A stretch of DNA of 64,000 nucleotides from Tieghemostelium lacteum (Eukaryota), in the NCBI GenBank assembly GCA_001606155.1, contig LODT01000028.1, positions 470,735 through 534,734 on the forward strand, written 5' to 3'. Made by a program: the position numbers and the translations under genes. Positions within the stretch are counted from its first letter, which is position 1. Each line of letters starts with the position of its first letter. Under the pieces are notes generated by a model. It made no database searches and was not told the DNA's origin. It saw nothing but the letters and a program-made list of their open reading frames with translations. Below, piece after piece: positions 9,548 through 20,459 of this stretch.

Positions 9548-12085
9548 ATGGATTCGTCGGATATGAATAACAATTATTTGTATACTGGCAATCCAAATTA
9601 TTTTCAGGAATTCACAAATTTAGGTCTTGGTGCCAGTACGTCATCAATGTTTTTGAAACCTAATGAATTACCACCATTAAATATACAACCACAACAACTA
9701 AGTGGATATAGTATAGGAAACCAAATACCTAACCAATATTTACAGCATCAACAATCATTACAACCTATTCATTCACTTCAACCATTACAACAACAACAAC
9801 AACCACCACAACAATATAATAAGTTAGATGAGGATATATTTCATAAAGTTGATATAAAAGTACCAAATGGAACACCTACAGATTTAGATTATATAAGAAA
9901 TGTAGTATCTGTACAACAGGAGATGTTTCAAAAGAAGCTCGTTGATGCTGGTATTAATGTTTCAGACCAACAACTTCAGTTTATGTTCCAACAAGAACAA
10001 CAAAAGTATTTAAAAAAGCAACAACCACCATTACAACAACAACAGCAACAACAATATGTTCCAAATACACAATATATCCCACTACACCAATTACAGCAAA
10101 AGTATCAACCATATCCACAACAAGTTCAACCACAGCAACAACCACAACAACAACCACCACCATCACAACAACAACAACAACAACCACCAATACCACAACA
10201 AACAGTTCCCCAAGTTGTTCAACAACAAACAGTACAGAAGCAAACAGCTTCAACAACTACTTCTGCTACTAATAAGGCTAATTGTAAACCAAAGAAAACT
10301 AAACAACCAATACCGGAACCACCATTACAAGATAGTTCGGATGAAGATGATGATGATTATGACAAGTACAAAAACAAATCTAGATCCAGTCAGAATATGG
10401 CATCTAGAAATTATAGACAGAGAAAGAAGGACCATATATATGAAGTTGAGGAAAAAGTTAGAAAACTTTCTTTGGAAAATGAAAAATTGAGACAAGAAAA
10501 CTCTGTATTGAAAAAGGGTGATATGGGTGATGTTATGAAACCGGATACCGAGTTTCAAGAGGTGTTAGAAGGTAGTAATATACTGATGGCTTTACTTAGT
10601 GATGCTGTGGATAGACAGGATCTTGTGACTATTGAGTATCTATTGCAATTGTACTATTTCTCAAGTCATTTAAGATCGACTGTGGTGGAGAAGGAGGTGG
10701 AGAAGATTGTGCATCCTTATACTCAGATTAGATTAGTGTATCTAGGCTACAGATCTTCGTCGGAAGGTGCACTTTTGAAACCATTTTCCACTACATTGTG
10801 GTGGCCAAAGTTTGCAGAGGAGGTCCAACTCTCGGAAGAACAAAAACAGGCTTCGGATATCCTGTGGCATGACCATTTGAAGATTGATAAGGAACTTCGT
10901 TTGGAGAGAGATGCCCTCGATCGTGAGATTAAAGAAATATTCACAACTAAGATTATATCCTGTGGAGAGCATATGAGAGATGATAAGTATCTCTCAACTG
11001 TTCCTAAAGAAAACTATCCAACTATATCACCAAATAGTGAAATACCTTCATCACCTTCATCTAATTCCTCAAGCAGTAGCAGTAACAGTACATTTCCAAA
11101 TAGTAATAATACCAGCCCTAGTTTAGTCAATCATACCCCTCCTGAATCACCTTCGATTGCAAGTGGAGGTAGTGCATCAAGTTCGCATCAACACTATTCG
11201 CCATACCCTCTGCCTGACAGATCTGAAATCCCACTGGAGATTGTCAATGGAGGACTCGCAGGATTCAATGGCAGTACATTTGTAGGTGAAGGTAAACCTA
11301 TAGATCTCTCAGAGCTACTTGATCTCACTAGAAAACTAGAACTTTTGAAAAAGAATTTTGTCAAGCATCGTAACCTTATCTGTGACACTGATTTAGTGTT
11401 ATCTACTATACTTACACCATTCCAACATGCCAAATTGATATTAAGACTCAACAGTGTCACCAACTATGACATGTCCATTGTGGACACTGTTACTGGTATC
11501 TGGGGTACCATACACAACTACAATAACGATATCAGAGAAGGTAAATCTTTCATCTCTAAATTGCTTCCAGGAAACAATATCGAAGTCTTTGAGAATTTAA
11601 AAAAGAAATATGAACAAGATAAATTGAAAACCTATCGTTTGGAAACACTTCAACAAACCTATGAGAATCTCTATGACAAATTCTTCAAAAACAGCAAATC
11701 AGCAGCATTTGCACCCTCTGCTATATTTGCCCAATTAAACTCAAATAACAATAATAATAATAATAATTTATCTCAAAAAACTCATAATAACAACTGTACA
11801 GGAAACCAACATTCACCACCACAACCATCACATTATCAAGATCCATTATCCACACCTCCAACTATTAATATACCTCAACACCCTATTCCACTACAATCTC
11901 AAATACAATTACCACAAAATAAGACCGATTCTAATAGTAATGTAACTACAACCTCTGCAGCAACACCTACAACTACCACCAACACACCTAAAATACAACA
12001 ATCAGCTGGTGACACTACAGGTACAAACAAAAAGAAGAAACCAAAGAAATTTCAATGGTATTCTTATAAAAGCCCACAAAAGTAA
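9548..12085 (+). CDS. bZIP transcription factor with a Gln-rich N-terminus and a Ser/Asn/Thr-rich C-terminus.
   Basis: The ORF is 9443-12085 and the first in-frame ATG is at 9548 (MDSSDMNNNY). The basic region NMASRNYRQRKKDHIYEVEEKVRKLSLENEKLRQENSVLKK has an N-x2-(A/S)-x3-R-x-RKK motif followed by a heptad Leu zipper (L-x6-L-x6-L). Poly-Q tracts sit upstream. Confidence 0.7.
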   Translation: MDSSDMNNNYLYTGNPNYFQEFTNLGLGASTSSMFLKPNELPPLNIQPQQLSGYSIGNQIPNQYLQHQQSLQPIHSLQPLQQQQQPPQQYNKLDEDIFHKVDIKVPNGTPTDLDYIRNVVSVQQEMFQKKLVDAGINVSDQQLQFMFQQEQQKYLKKQQPPLQQQQQQQYVPNTQYIPLHQLQQKYQPYPQQVQPQQQPQQQPPPSQQQQQQPPIPQQTVPQVVQQQTVQKQTASTTTSATNKANCKPKKTKQPIPEPPLQDSSDEDDDDYDKYKNKSRSSQNMASRNYRQRKKDHIYEVEEKVRKLSLENEKLRQENSVLKKGDMGDVMKPDTEFQEVLEGSNILMALLSDAVDRQDLVTIEYLLQLYYFSSHLRSTVVEKEVEKIVHPYTQIRLVYLGYRSSSEGALLKPFSTTLWWPKFAEEVQLSEEQKQASDILWHDHLKIDKELRLERDALDREIKEIFTTKIISCGEHMRDDKYLSTVPKENYPTISPNSEIPSSPSSNSSSSSSNSTFPNSNNTSPSLVNHTPPESPSIASGGSASSSHQHYSPYPLPDRSEIPLEIVNGGLAGFNGSTFVGEGKPIDLSELLDLTRKLELLKKNFVKHRNLICDTDLVLSTILTPFQHAKLILRLNSVTNYDMSIVDTVTGIWGTIHNYNNDIREGKSFISKLLPGNNIEVFENLKKKYEQDKLKTYRLETLQQTYENLYDKFFKNSKSAAFAPSAIFAQLNSNNNNNNNNLSQKTHNNNCTGNQHSPPQPSHYQDPLSTPPTINIPQHPIPLQSQIQLPQNKTDSNSNVTTTSAATPTTTTNTPKIQQSAGDTTGTNKKKKPKKFQWYSYKSPQK

Positions 12086-12484
12086 CCTTAAGGTTTAATA
12101 GTTTAGTTTTTTTTTTTTTACAAACTCTATTCCCCTTCCCTCACCCTAAAAAAAGTTGTTTTATATAAATAAAAATATATTCTATTTTAATGCCAAACAA
12201 ATCCAAAAAACACAATTTTGCACAGATTGATAAGATCATTGTTGACAATGTTGATGTACACTAACATCTATCAAATGTGTAAAAAAAACAAAAAATATTT
12301 TTGCAACGAACTTTCTAATTGGATCAACATTGAGGAAGATAAAAAAAAGCCAAAATGGAAAAAAAATTTTTATTCATTTTATTTTCTAAAAACCCAACTC
12401 TTGATATATTTTATCTTTTATTACAAAGAAAGACTTGATATATTTAAATTCTCAAATTTTTAGGTAGGAAATAAACATTTAATC

Positions 12485-13019
12485 ATGAAAGCCACAACCA
12501 TTTTAATTATTGCATTAATTGCAAGCATATTTGTCATCAACAATACTGATGGTCAACAGATTTGGGATTTCTGTACAGGAAATGTCAATGCTGTATTTGA
12601 TATTGAAAAATTAACTGTAGATCCAGATCCCCCAGTTATTGGTCAAAGTGCTACTGTCTATTTAGCTGGTACTCTCAATGAAGAGGTTACTGGTGGTACA
12701 TCCTCTATGGCTATTCAATACTTTTTTGGTGGTAGTTGGAGAGCTCTTCCAGTTTTCCACGGTGAAGTTTGTAAGATGACTACTTGCCCAGTTCCAGCTG
12801 GTCCATTCCTTTACAATTATACTTTAGATGTTCCATTTATCACACCACAGGTATGTTTTGGATAATCTAGATCTGATTCCGAATATTTATATTAATGTTT
12901 TAAACTTTTTTTTTTATTGGATACAATTACAGGGTCAATATAAAGGTGTTTTACAAGTATTTGATCAAAACAATAAGAATATTACTTGTTTGACCTTCAA
13001 TACCACCTTATCAAGATAA
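12485..13019 (+). CDS. Secreted ML-domain (MD-2-related lipid-recognition / NPC2-like) protein. Two exons: 12485..12850 and 12933..13019.
   Basis: Signal peptide MKATTILIIALIASIFVINN. The Ig-like beta-sandwich pattern has 4-6 Cys (DFCTGN..., EVCKMTTCPVPAG..., ITCLTF), typical of Der p2/NPC2 ML domains. A GTATGT donor at 12851 and a ...attacag acceptor at 12932 (82-nt intron) keep the frame, and the CDS ends at TAA 13017-13019. Confidence 0.6.
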
Positions 13020-13178
13020 GTTATTGTGGGTTGTTTAAACTCCACTTCGGATACACTCAAGATTTTTATTTATCTCATATGACTTCAGTGGAATTTGTGG
13101 GTTTATCATTAATAAAAACCACATATTGTAACCTTCTATTTGTAAAAAAAAAACAACATTATGCATTGATGGCATTTT

Positions 13179-14191
13179 TTAGATGTATCTTTTATATCGA
13201 TTTGGTAATACTCTTAAGAGTAAATAATGAATAATTGCAATCAAAAACAGCATTGGAATGATTGGTAGTTTCAATAGAGATGCTACCAATGCACCCACAC
13301 CAAATATCAAAATGTTTTTGGTGATTCTCACATGGTCCTTTTTAGGTTTACCTTTGACATAGATAAAATTAAATGAGCTTCCAAATGACATTTCTAAGTT
13401 CAAGTCAATAATCGATTGAAGATCTGACGTCAACTTGTCACTGAGTTGTTTAGAATCTATTAGTCTTTGGTAGGTTATTAGACAGGCTCTACGAATTTCC
13501 TGATTGAGTGTGGTTATATTCTTTCCAGGTGTATAATCACTATCTCTTATTCTATCTAAAATCTGTTTAGTTAGAAACCCAATTGGTTTCTCATCATCGT
13601 AATTGACGCCTATTGGTAGACCTACTAGGAACTGTGTATCCCTATACCTATCCAATAGATGAGCTAAAATCTTATTATATTCCTCTGAAACTGGTTTTTT
13701 TAATTTAAACTGATCTTGAAAACAATCTAAAATACATATATTCTTGAATTGATAGTTTGGATCTTCTTCTGATAATTTAATTTGTTTATCTGTGATTCTA
13801 CTAAATATTGATGATATACTAATAAAGTGGCCATCTTGACACTCTATAAAAAACTCCTCTGCAGTTCCAAAATTTATATTAATACTCTTATTTACAATAA
13901 CAAATCTCCAATTATATGATGATAAATACGTTTATTATAATATCCTCTTCCGGAGAAAAAAAATAGTAGATCTTGATTTGGTTCAATTTTATCAACAATA
14001 TCATTTATTATTTGATTCATTTTTGATTTATCACAATCTGAATATCTGAATAATCTTCCAAATGAACAATAATCTTTTAAAATTGATGTAAATGCCTCAA
14101 CATCATTTAAATGTGAACCCCTTTCTTTATATGAATTTCCAATAAGAAATCCAATTCTTTTATTATCCCTAATCATTGTTGATCTTTGCAT
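13179..14191 (-). CDS. Caspase-fold (metacaspase/paracaspase-like) protein. The catalytic His is replaced (FFFSGRG instead of SGHG), the Cys-region motif is modified (ILDCFQD), and there is a C-terminal transmembrane segment. Two exons: 13930..14191 and 13179..13858.
   Basis: The N-terminus KRIGFLIGNSYKERGSHLNDVEAFTSILKDY...LLFFFSGRGYYNK follows the metacaspase p20 pattern (KRALLIGINY...L.GCINDV...L...GF.......D.LFFHYSGHG). A GTATTT donor at 13929 and a CTGCAG acceptor at 13859 (71-nt intron, phase 1) join to ...QEFFIECQDGHFIS...KNICILDCFQD..., and the protein ends with the hydrophobic stretch ILIFGVGALVASLLKLPIIPMLFLIAIIHYLL. Confidence 0.55.
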
Positions 14192-14581
14192 TTGTTTCCT
14201 TATCTATATAAATGTGTGTTATAAAGTGAAAATGAACATTAAACTAAAAAAATTTTTTAATTTTATTCATTTACACATTATTGTGTTATATATAAAGTAA
14301 CATCATAACAATTTCAATTTTAATTAATCTATAAATTTTAATATAATTCTAATTTCATTACATTTGACTCAATTATGTAATTAAATAAAGAAACATTTAG
14401 GTTACTATTTGTTATTTTGATTAAATTATGATATTTTGTAATTTGAAACAAGAGGTAACAGAATAAAATGAAATTTTATTTTTTTTGAATTAAATTTGAA
14501 AAAATTTTTGGACCTGATTTTTTTTTTGATTCTCTTTCGTTTATTGCGAGTTTTTGTTTAATCCACATATAACCAGAAATA

Positions 14582-15024
14582 ATGTCAACCACCGTTAAAG
14601 TAGCCAAAAGATCTGGTATTGCAACTGGTAACAACTCCGGTCACGCAGTCACCAAAAGAGTACCAAAATCAACCTTCAAAAAGGGTGTATGTATAGGATT
14701 TAGGATTGGAGGGTTGGATTAGATTAGAATAGGATATTAATCACATTACACATAGCTCGTCACAAAGAGAGTTGAAGTCATCCGTGATGTCGTCCGTGAA
14801 GTTTCTGGATATGCTCCATACGAACGTAGAATTCAAGAACTTTTGAAATCATCTTTAGATAAGAGAGCTCTTAAAATCGCCAAAAAGAGAGTAATTATCA
14901 TAGTATTATTTATTATATATTAAGTTACTAATATATTTTTTTTTCATAATTATAGCTCGGTTCCATCAGAGCTGGTAAAAAGAAGAGAGATGAAATGCAA
15001 ACTGCCAACAAGAAATTTAAATAA
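14582..15024 (+). CDS. rpl36: 60S ribosomal protein L36e. Three exons: 14582..14686, 14756..14890, 14956..15024.
   Basis: Exon 1 is [35 protein letters not shown]. Exon 2 is [45 protein letters not shown]. Exon 3 is [22 protein letters not shown]. This is the L36e family signature order. Introns run GTATGT...ATAG (69 nt) and GTAATT...TATAG (65 nt), both phase 0. Confidence 0.85.
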
Positions 15025-15686
15025 ATATATACACCAACTACACTCTACAATTCACCTCAATTCAAAAGTATAATAGTTTTTAGTATAGGAAAGAGAAAGG
15101 CTTTATCAATTCCTTTTTTTAAATATAAACTACAATATTACTCTACAGATTATACTATAAAATATATTTTCATGGTATATTTACCCCTATACCCTCTTTT
15201 GAAATGTGAAAAAAAGGGGTATAGATCGAGTATAATGTGAGAGAATACTAACATAAAACATTTTATGTGGGCTGATTTTGAGTAAAAAACAAAATGTATA
15301 CTGTACCCCCTTCAATGATATTCACGTCAATTTTTAATTTATGTGATGTGTTTAATAAAAAATAATTGTGGGGGAGGTGTAATTTTTTACTGTTTATATA
15401 TAACAAGTCATTTAAATAAAAATTTATTAACAGAATGAGTATATATTTCCTCTCTACCCCTCTTTTTATCTTTGTGTTTGAGGTATTACCCTATTAAATT
15501 CAACACAAAAACAACAACAATAACAAAAAATAAATTAAAATACATGTATATACTACATTTTCTCTTTTAATTTTAATTTTACTTTAATTCTCTTTACCCT
15601 TTAGATTTAAAATCAAATAATTCTCTATCTATTCAATTTTTATTTTAATTATTTATATATATATTATTTAAATTTATAGTAGTAAA

Positions 15687-16541
15687 ATGAAGTTACAATC
15701 AATATTGATATTATTGATTTTGATTTTAGTTAGTGTAGGAATAAATAAAGGTCATGAAGCAGATGACAGTTTTCATGTATTTGATTTAGATAGTTCCAAT
15801 ATAGATAGATATTTGACAGCTGGTGGCAGTTGGGTACTTAAATTTTATGCACCATGGTGCAAACATTCCATCCAATTTCAGGATACTTTTGAACAGTTGG
15901 CAAAAATGTTAAAAGGACATGTTAACTTTGGTCAAATTGATTGTGTAAATGATCCAGCTCTTTTGTATAGATTTGGTATCAAAGCTTACCCAACTGTAAA
16001 ATTACTTCACCAAGGTAAATTGTATGAATTCCAGGGAGAACGTTCTGTTAATAATATTGTACAATTCCTTCAATCTGATTACTTGGAAAGCTCTGTTATG
16101 GCTTATCCAGAATTGCCAGCTGAATATGAAAAAGTTGAACAAGCTCCAGAAGAAATCCACGAAGAGCAAACTGAATTGACAGAGGAACAAAAGGTATACA
16201 TTGAACAGCAACGACAAGAAATGCTAGTTCGTCAACAACAACTAAGAGAACAGTACCTAAAGGAGGAAGAGGAAATGCAAAAACAAAAACAAGAAAAGAA
16301 ACAAGAGAGACTTGCTAAGAAACTAAAGAACCCAAAAACCAAGAAAGAATATGAAGATGAGGTTCCAAAATATAAATTGGATGTTGGTGAACATTCCATC
16401 AAGAATGGTACCTTACCAATCATTGAAACTCTTAGAGAGAGTAAAGTTGTCTATATTGCTATTGGCGGAATGTTAACTGCTTTCATCTTGATGGCTAAAA
16501 AAAGATTGACAAAGAAATCTAAATTTATGAAAATAGCATAA
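15687..16541 (+). CDS. Thioredoxin-fold protein with a CxxS active site (WCKHS). It has an N-terminal signal peptide, a charged coiled-coil region and a C-terminal TM anchor. Probably an ER-type TMX/ERp-like protein.
   Basis: Signal MKLQSILILLILILVSVG. The segment WVLKFYAPWCKHSIQFQDTFEQLA is the thioredoxin active-site context, with the second Cys replaced by Ser. A C-terminal hydrophobic segment VVYIAIGGMLTAFILMA is followed by KKRLTKKSKFMKIA. Confidence 0.65.
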   Translation: MKLQSILILLILILVSVGINKGHEADDSFHVFDLDSSNIDRYLTAGGSWVLKFYAPWCKHSIQFQDTFEQLAKMLKGHVNFGQIDCVNDPALLYRFGIKAYPTVKLLHQGKLYEFQGERSVNNIVQFLQSDYLESSVMAYPELPAEYEKVEQAPEEIHEEQTELTEEQKVYIEQQRQEMLVRQQQLREQYLKEEEEMQKQKQEKKQERLAKKLKNPKTKKEYEDEVPKYKLDVGEHSIKNGTLPIIETLRESKVVYIAIGGMLTAFILMAKKRLTKKSKFMKIA

Positions 16542-16734
16542 TATTACAAATAGTTTTTTTAATATTCTTTATACAAATATAATAAATCAAATGCTAAAAA
16601 TTAATAATAATAATAACCCCTCCTTATTTTGTTTTTCTAATAAATAATATAATATAATATAATTTTACGATTTTCATTTAATTATTGTTCAAAGAATAGT
16701 ACTTGATAGAGATATATATGTTGTTACTATAATA

Positions 16735-17388
16735 TTAATTGACAGGGGTTGGCACTATATTCTTTGAATTATTAGTACCATTTGCAGTGGTGGTATTTCT
16801 TTTTGAGTTGGATTTAAATAATTCTTGATTTAACCAAGCAAAACCTTGTTCTACACCTTCACCTGTTAATGCACAACATGAAAATATACTCCATTTTCTA
16901 TTTACAATTTGATCAAGACCCATTTTCTCGGTAATCTCTGCCACAGGTCTAGATTGTGGCAAATCAGATTTATTAGCATAGACCAACAGTATGGCCTGTT
17001 GCATCTCAGGGTCATTTAAAACCATAAATAGTTGTTGTTTCGATTCTTCCAGTCTATCCAAATCATTTGAATCGACTACATATATTACAACTTGGGTGCC
17101 TACATAATAATGCCTCCACAGTGCTCTAATTGTAACCTGACCACCTACATCCCAAATTGTGTATCTATGATCATCTACTTTAACACTCTCTACAGAGAAA
17201 CCAACTGTGGGTATAGTCTGAACTGTTTCTTTTAATTTAATTCGATAGAGTAAAGTACTCTTACCTGCATTATCTAATCCCAACATAAGGACTCTATTTT
17301 ATGCATTAGAATACTGCATAACCCCATACATTTTAATATGACCACACTTACCTTACATCTTTATTTTTTTTAAATAACTTTGAAAAGG
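16735..17388 (-). CDS. ARF-family small GTPase (Arf-like) with a C-terminal Asn/Thr-rich extension. Two exons: 17352..17388 and 16735..17293.
   Basis: Exon 1 encodes the classic myristoylated amphipathic start [22 protein letters not shown] donor at 17351 and an AAAATAG acceptor at 17294 (58-nt intron, phase 2) join to [23 protein letters not shown]...WDVGGQ...ANKSD...CALTGEGV. The P-loop, DxxGQ and NKxD boxes are all present. Confidence 0.8.
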
Positions 17389-17652
17389 CCTTACCCATTC
17401 TCCTATTAACTTTTAATCACCCAAAATTTGGATAAATTTTACTATTATACAGTGTTATAAACAAAATTATAGTCTTAATACAATAGACAATGAATAATAC
17501 AAGATATATATAATTTAACGATGATCTACGATATTTTTAGTCTGGTTCGTGTCACCCCCCAAATTTTTAAATTTTAAAATTTAAAAAAAAAAATAAATAT
17601 TTTATTTACATTATTGTAAAAATGGATTGAATAAAGTGAATGAATAATAGGT

Positions 17653-19596
17653 TTATTCTATTTGTAATTTTAAAGCTCTGTTATAGTTTCTAAAGCTTTC
17701 TAAATATTTACACATTGGATGTGCACGGGATGTTTTTGCCAATACGGAAGATATAGGACCCTCTGTTCTATGTTTGAGAAGAAATAGAGTTATAGTAATA
17801 AAGTTATTTTGAACAGCACATTGAATAGAACTCTTATCAAATGATTTTGGTACATTTAGAGAATGTATATATTTAACTAACTGAATATTCTGATGAGTGA
17901 TTGCAGATGTTGAATGTAAAATTAAATTTTTATCAAGAGATGTCTCATGTAAATACTGAATAATTTCCAAACCACATTTGAGTCTTAGTGCTTGATCTAA
18001 ATCTCTTTGTGTGATTATCCAACTGACATGTACCTCCTCTTTGATAAACATTATTAAATCCAATTGACAACTTGATAGAACCTTTTCAATACCTTCGTGG
18101 TCGAGATAATTAAATGCGTATCTTCTGTGAAGATATCTAAGTACACTCAATTTTAGTGACATTAAACTACTGTCAATAGTCACAAAACCACCTTCTTTAA
18201 CCAAGAGCTTTTCAGTAATGATAGAAGGTAGATATTCTATAATCTTTATCATGCTATCTACTGTGATCTTTGAAATTTCAATATTGTTAATTGAGAGTTT
18301 CTTGTTATCCAAAAAATTGGTTCTCGAAAGGAGGTATATCAAAACCTCTGGATGACATACAAAAGTAAATTTAGTAACTATATATTTTGTAATGGATGCA
18401 TTATAGATATTCAAAGATAATATAGTGTCCAATAACTTGACGTTAGAGAATATTTCAGATAGATTGGAAACTGGTGGTACATAGTTCTCCAAATGAAAAT
18501 TGGAAGCTATTAGATATTCATGTTGAAGAATAATGAGGTCTATAGGTAATCTAAAATCAATTGTATAGCCATTGCTAATAGATTTTAGAAGAATGGACAT
18601 GTACCTCTCGGGTGATTTCCTGATTGGAATAATACGAATTAGCTGATCACTTCCCAATCCCAATATTAGATAGTTGGCTTTAAATTCCTTGAAAATTGGT
18701 TCAAAAAGCATAAAAGAGTCTTCAGTGATACAGCTTTTTAGAACATTTGTAAATGCAGAGGCTACATCTAAAATGGGGCTTTTTTTTAGAAATGCAATGA
18801 GAAAGTCTATTAGATCACTTTTGTAACCTAGGTTTGTAGGACTTCCTGTGAACAACTCTTGATGGTATGCCATTGCCATTACTATGATTTTGGGATTTTC
18901 AAATCTCTCTACATAGTATTTCAAAATATCCATAATCATGTGACCATGATCCTTATATTGTTGAGTCTTTAGTGTCTTTGCGACATACTTATAGTAGTGA
19001 TTCGTCAAAAGGAAATCAAAGAACTGTTTTGTACCTTGTTTGAGTATATCACAAATTGAATCTGACCAACTAATGGTGAAATCCTGGTCATAGAGATACT
19101 CCACCAGTTCATAATGTCCATTTGCAATGGCAACTGATATCGGTTCGTTAGATAAATATTCTGTTAACTCTACTTTTCTGTGTTTACGTTCAGATATAAT
19201 AAACTTTACAATCTGTAGATTACCAACCGATGATGCATTGATGAATGATTGGTCATTGATCATTAGTGAACTAAAGAAAGGGTAGTGTTTTTGAATGTGC
19301 TGGTAGACAATCTTAAAGTGGTTAAAGTCCTTCAAGTATTTTGTCATGTTTTTTATATTGTCTAGTGTAAATGAGATGGGATAGAGTTCAGGTCCATTAA
19401 GTTTCTCAATTAACACCTTGATACAACCTCTACCGATCACCCAATCAACAGTATGAATATTTTTATACTTTAAAGCAGGTTTTGAAATTCCATTATAGCT
19501 TTCGTACTGATTAATTTCATGTACAGCTTTAAATATCAATTTATTCAAATATTTATTAAAAAATACTAATCTAAATAAAATTTCAATTTTCTCCAT
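17653..19596 (-). CDS. Large protein of unknown function with ankyrin-repeat-like segments.
   Basis: Single 647-aa ORF. Ankyrin-like units are present (ANGHYELVEYLYDQD..., HSTSAITHQNIQLVKYIHSL...). I see no other recognisable domain. The ATG at 19596 is real (MEKIEILF). Confidence 0.45.
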   Translation of the reverse strand: MEKIEILFRLVFFNKYLNKLIFKAVHEINQYESYNGISKPALKYKNIHTVDWVIGRGCIKVLIEKLNGPELYPISFTLDNIKNMTKYLKDFNHFKIVYQHIQKHYPFFSSLMINDQSFINASSVGNLQIVKFIISERKHRKVELTEYLSNEPISVAIANGHYELVEYLYDQDFTISWSDSICDILKQGTKQFFDFLLTNHYYKYVAKTLKTQQYKDHGHMIMDILKYYVERFENPKIIVMAMAYHQELFTGSPTNLGYKSDLIDFLIAFLKKSPILDVASAFTNVLKSCITEDSFMLFEPIFKEFKANYLILGLGSDQLIRIIPIRKSPERYMSILLKSISNGYTIDFRLPIDLIILQHEYLIASNFHLENYVPPVSNLSEIFSNVKLLDTILSLNIYNASITKYIVTKFTFVCHPEVLIYLLSRTNFLDNKKLSINNIEISKITVDSMIKIIEYLPSIITEKLLVKEGGFVTIDSSLMSLKLSVLRYLHRRYAFNYLDHEGIEKVLSSCQLDLIMFIKEEVHVSWIITQRDLDQALRLKCGLEIIQYLHETSLDKNLILHSTSAITHQNIQLVKYIHSLNVPKSFDKSSIQCAVQNNFITITLFLLKHRTEGPISSVLAKTSRAHPMCKYLESFRNYNRALKLQIE

Positions 19597-19793
19597 TGTT
19601 TGTTATATTAATATTATTAGAGTTTGATATAGTGTTCAAAAAAACCATTTTGTTCACCTTTAGACGTGGGATTGAAATAGAGAAATTTATAATAAAACTT
19701 ATAAAATTTACAAAATTATCGTCATTTTGATTTTTTTTACACAGATATCTGAACAAAAACAAAGAAGATTTTGGGAACATTGTGGAATGACAC

Positions 19794-20348
19794 ATGACAT
19801 TATCAGAAAATAATGATTTCAATCCAGTAAATTTTGATAACAGATTAAAAGATTTAAATATTCAAGATATAAACTATACATCACCAGACCATTATTATCA
19901 ATGTCATCAAAATGATGATGATGATCAGTTAACACAATTATCTTTAAAGTTTAAATCATTATCTACTAGAGATACAACCCAAAATCAATTAGATAGTATT
20001 GATTATGATAATAATAATAATCAAATATACAGTGATAAGGTAATTAGTAAACTAAACTCTTTTAGAAAGTATACTGTGAATGAACGTTATGAATATGCTC
20101 TGTACATTGATCCATCACTAAAGAAACAAAATCTAATTATTAGATTGGTTAATATCTTATTTATATTGGTATTTATGGTAATGTTGCTAATTTCAATGTA
20201 TTACCTTCATTTGGATGTCATTGAAAATGTAAATTTAGAATTACAAAAAATGAAACTTCAAGAATCAGAAAAATCAACACAAATCTACATATTCCAATAC
20301 CTTATCATTCTCTTTTTTAAATTGATCAATTGTACTACATCACCTTAA
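19794..20348 (+). CDS. Hypothetical small membrane protein. The N-terminus is acidic or Asn-rich and there is one predicted TM helix.
   Basis: ORF with an ATG start. The hydrophobic stretch LIIRLVNILFILVFMVMLLISMYYL looks like a TM helix. No homology is recognisable. It lies in the divergent intergenic space between two confident genes. Confidence 0.25.
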   Translation: MTLSENNDFNPVNFDNRLKDLNIQDINYTSPDHYYQCHQNDDDDQLTQLSLKFKSLSTRDTTQNQLDSIDYDNNNNQIYSDKVISKLNSFRKYTVNERYEYALYIDPSLKKQNLIIRLVNILFILVFMVMLLISMYYLHLDVIENVNLELQKMKLQESEKSTQIYIFQYLIILFFKLINCTTSP

Positions 20349-20459
20349 TAAAAAATAACAATTTATTTACATTTTTTTTTTGATAAAAATCATGTATAAT
20401 ATTATTGCGCCTTTTTTAATTTAATTCTTCTTTTTCAATTAAAATTAATTATATAAAAG

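Noticed and set aside
9981-10558. Several short ORFs (poly-Val, poly-His/Asn) overlapping the bZIP gene on both strands
   Set aside because: They are products of CAA/CAG and AAT microsatellite tracts read in other frames, with no independent signal.
12218-12463. 81-aa ORF upstream of the ML-domain gene
   Set aside because: It is extremely AT-rich and Lys/Asn/Phe-biased, typical of non-coding dictyostelid intergenic DNA read in frame.
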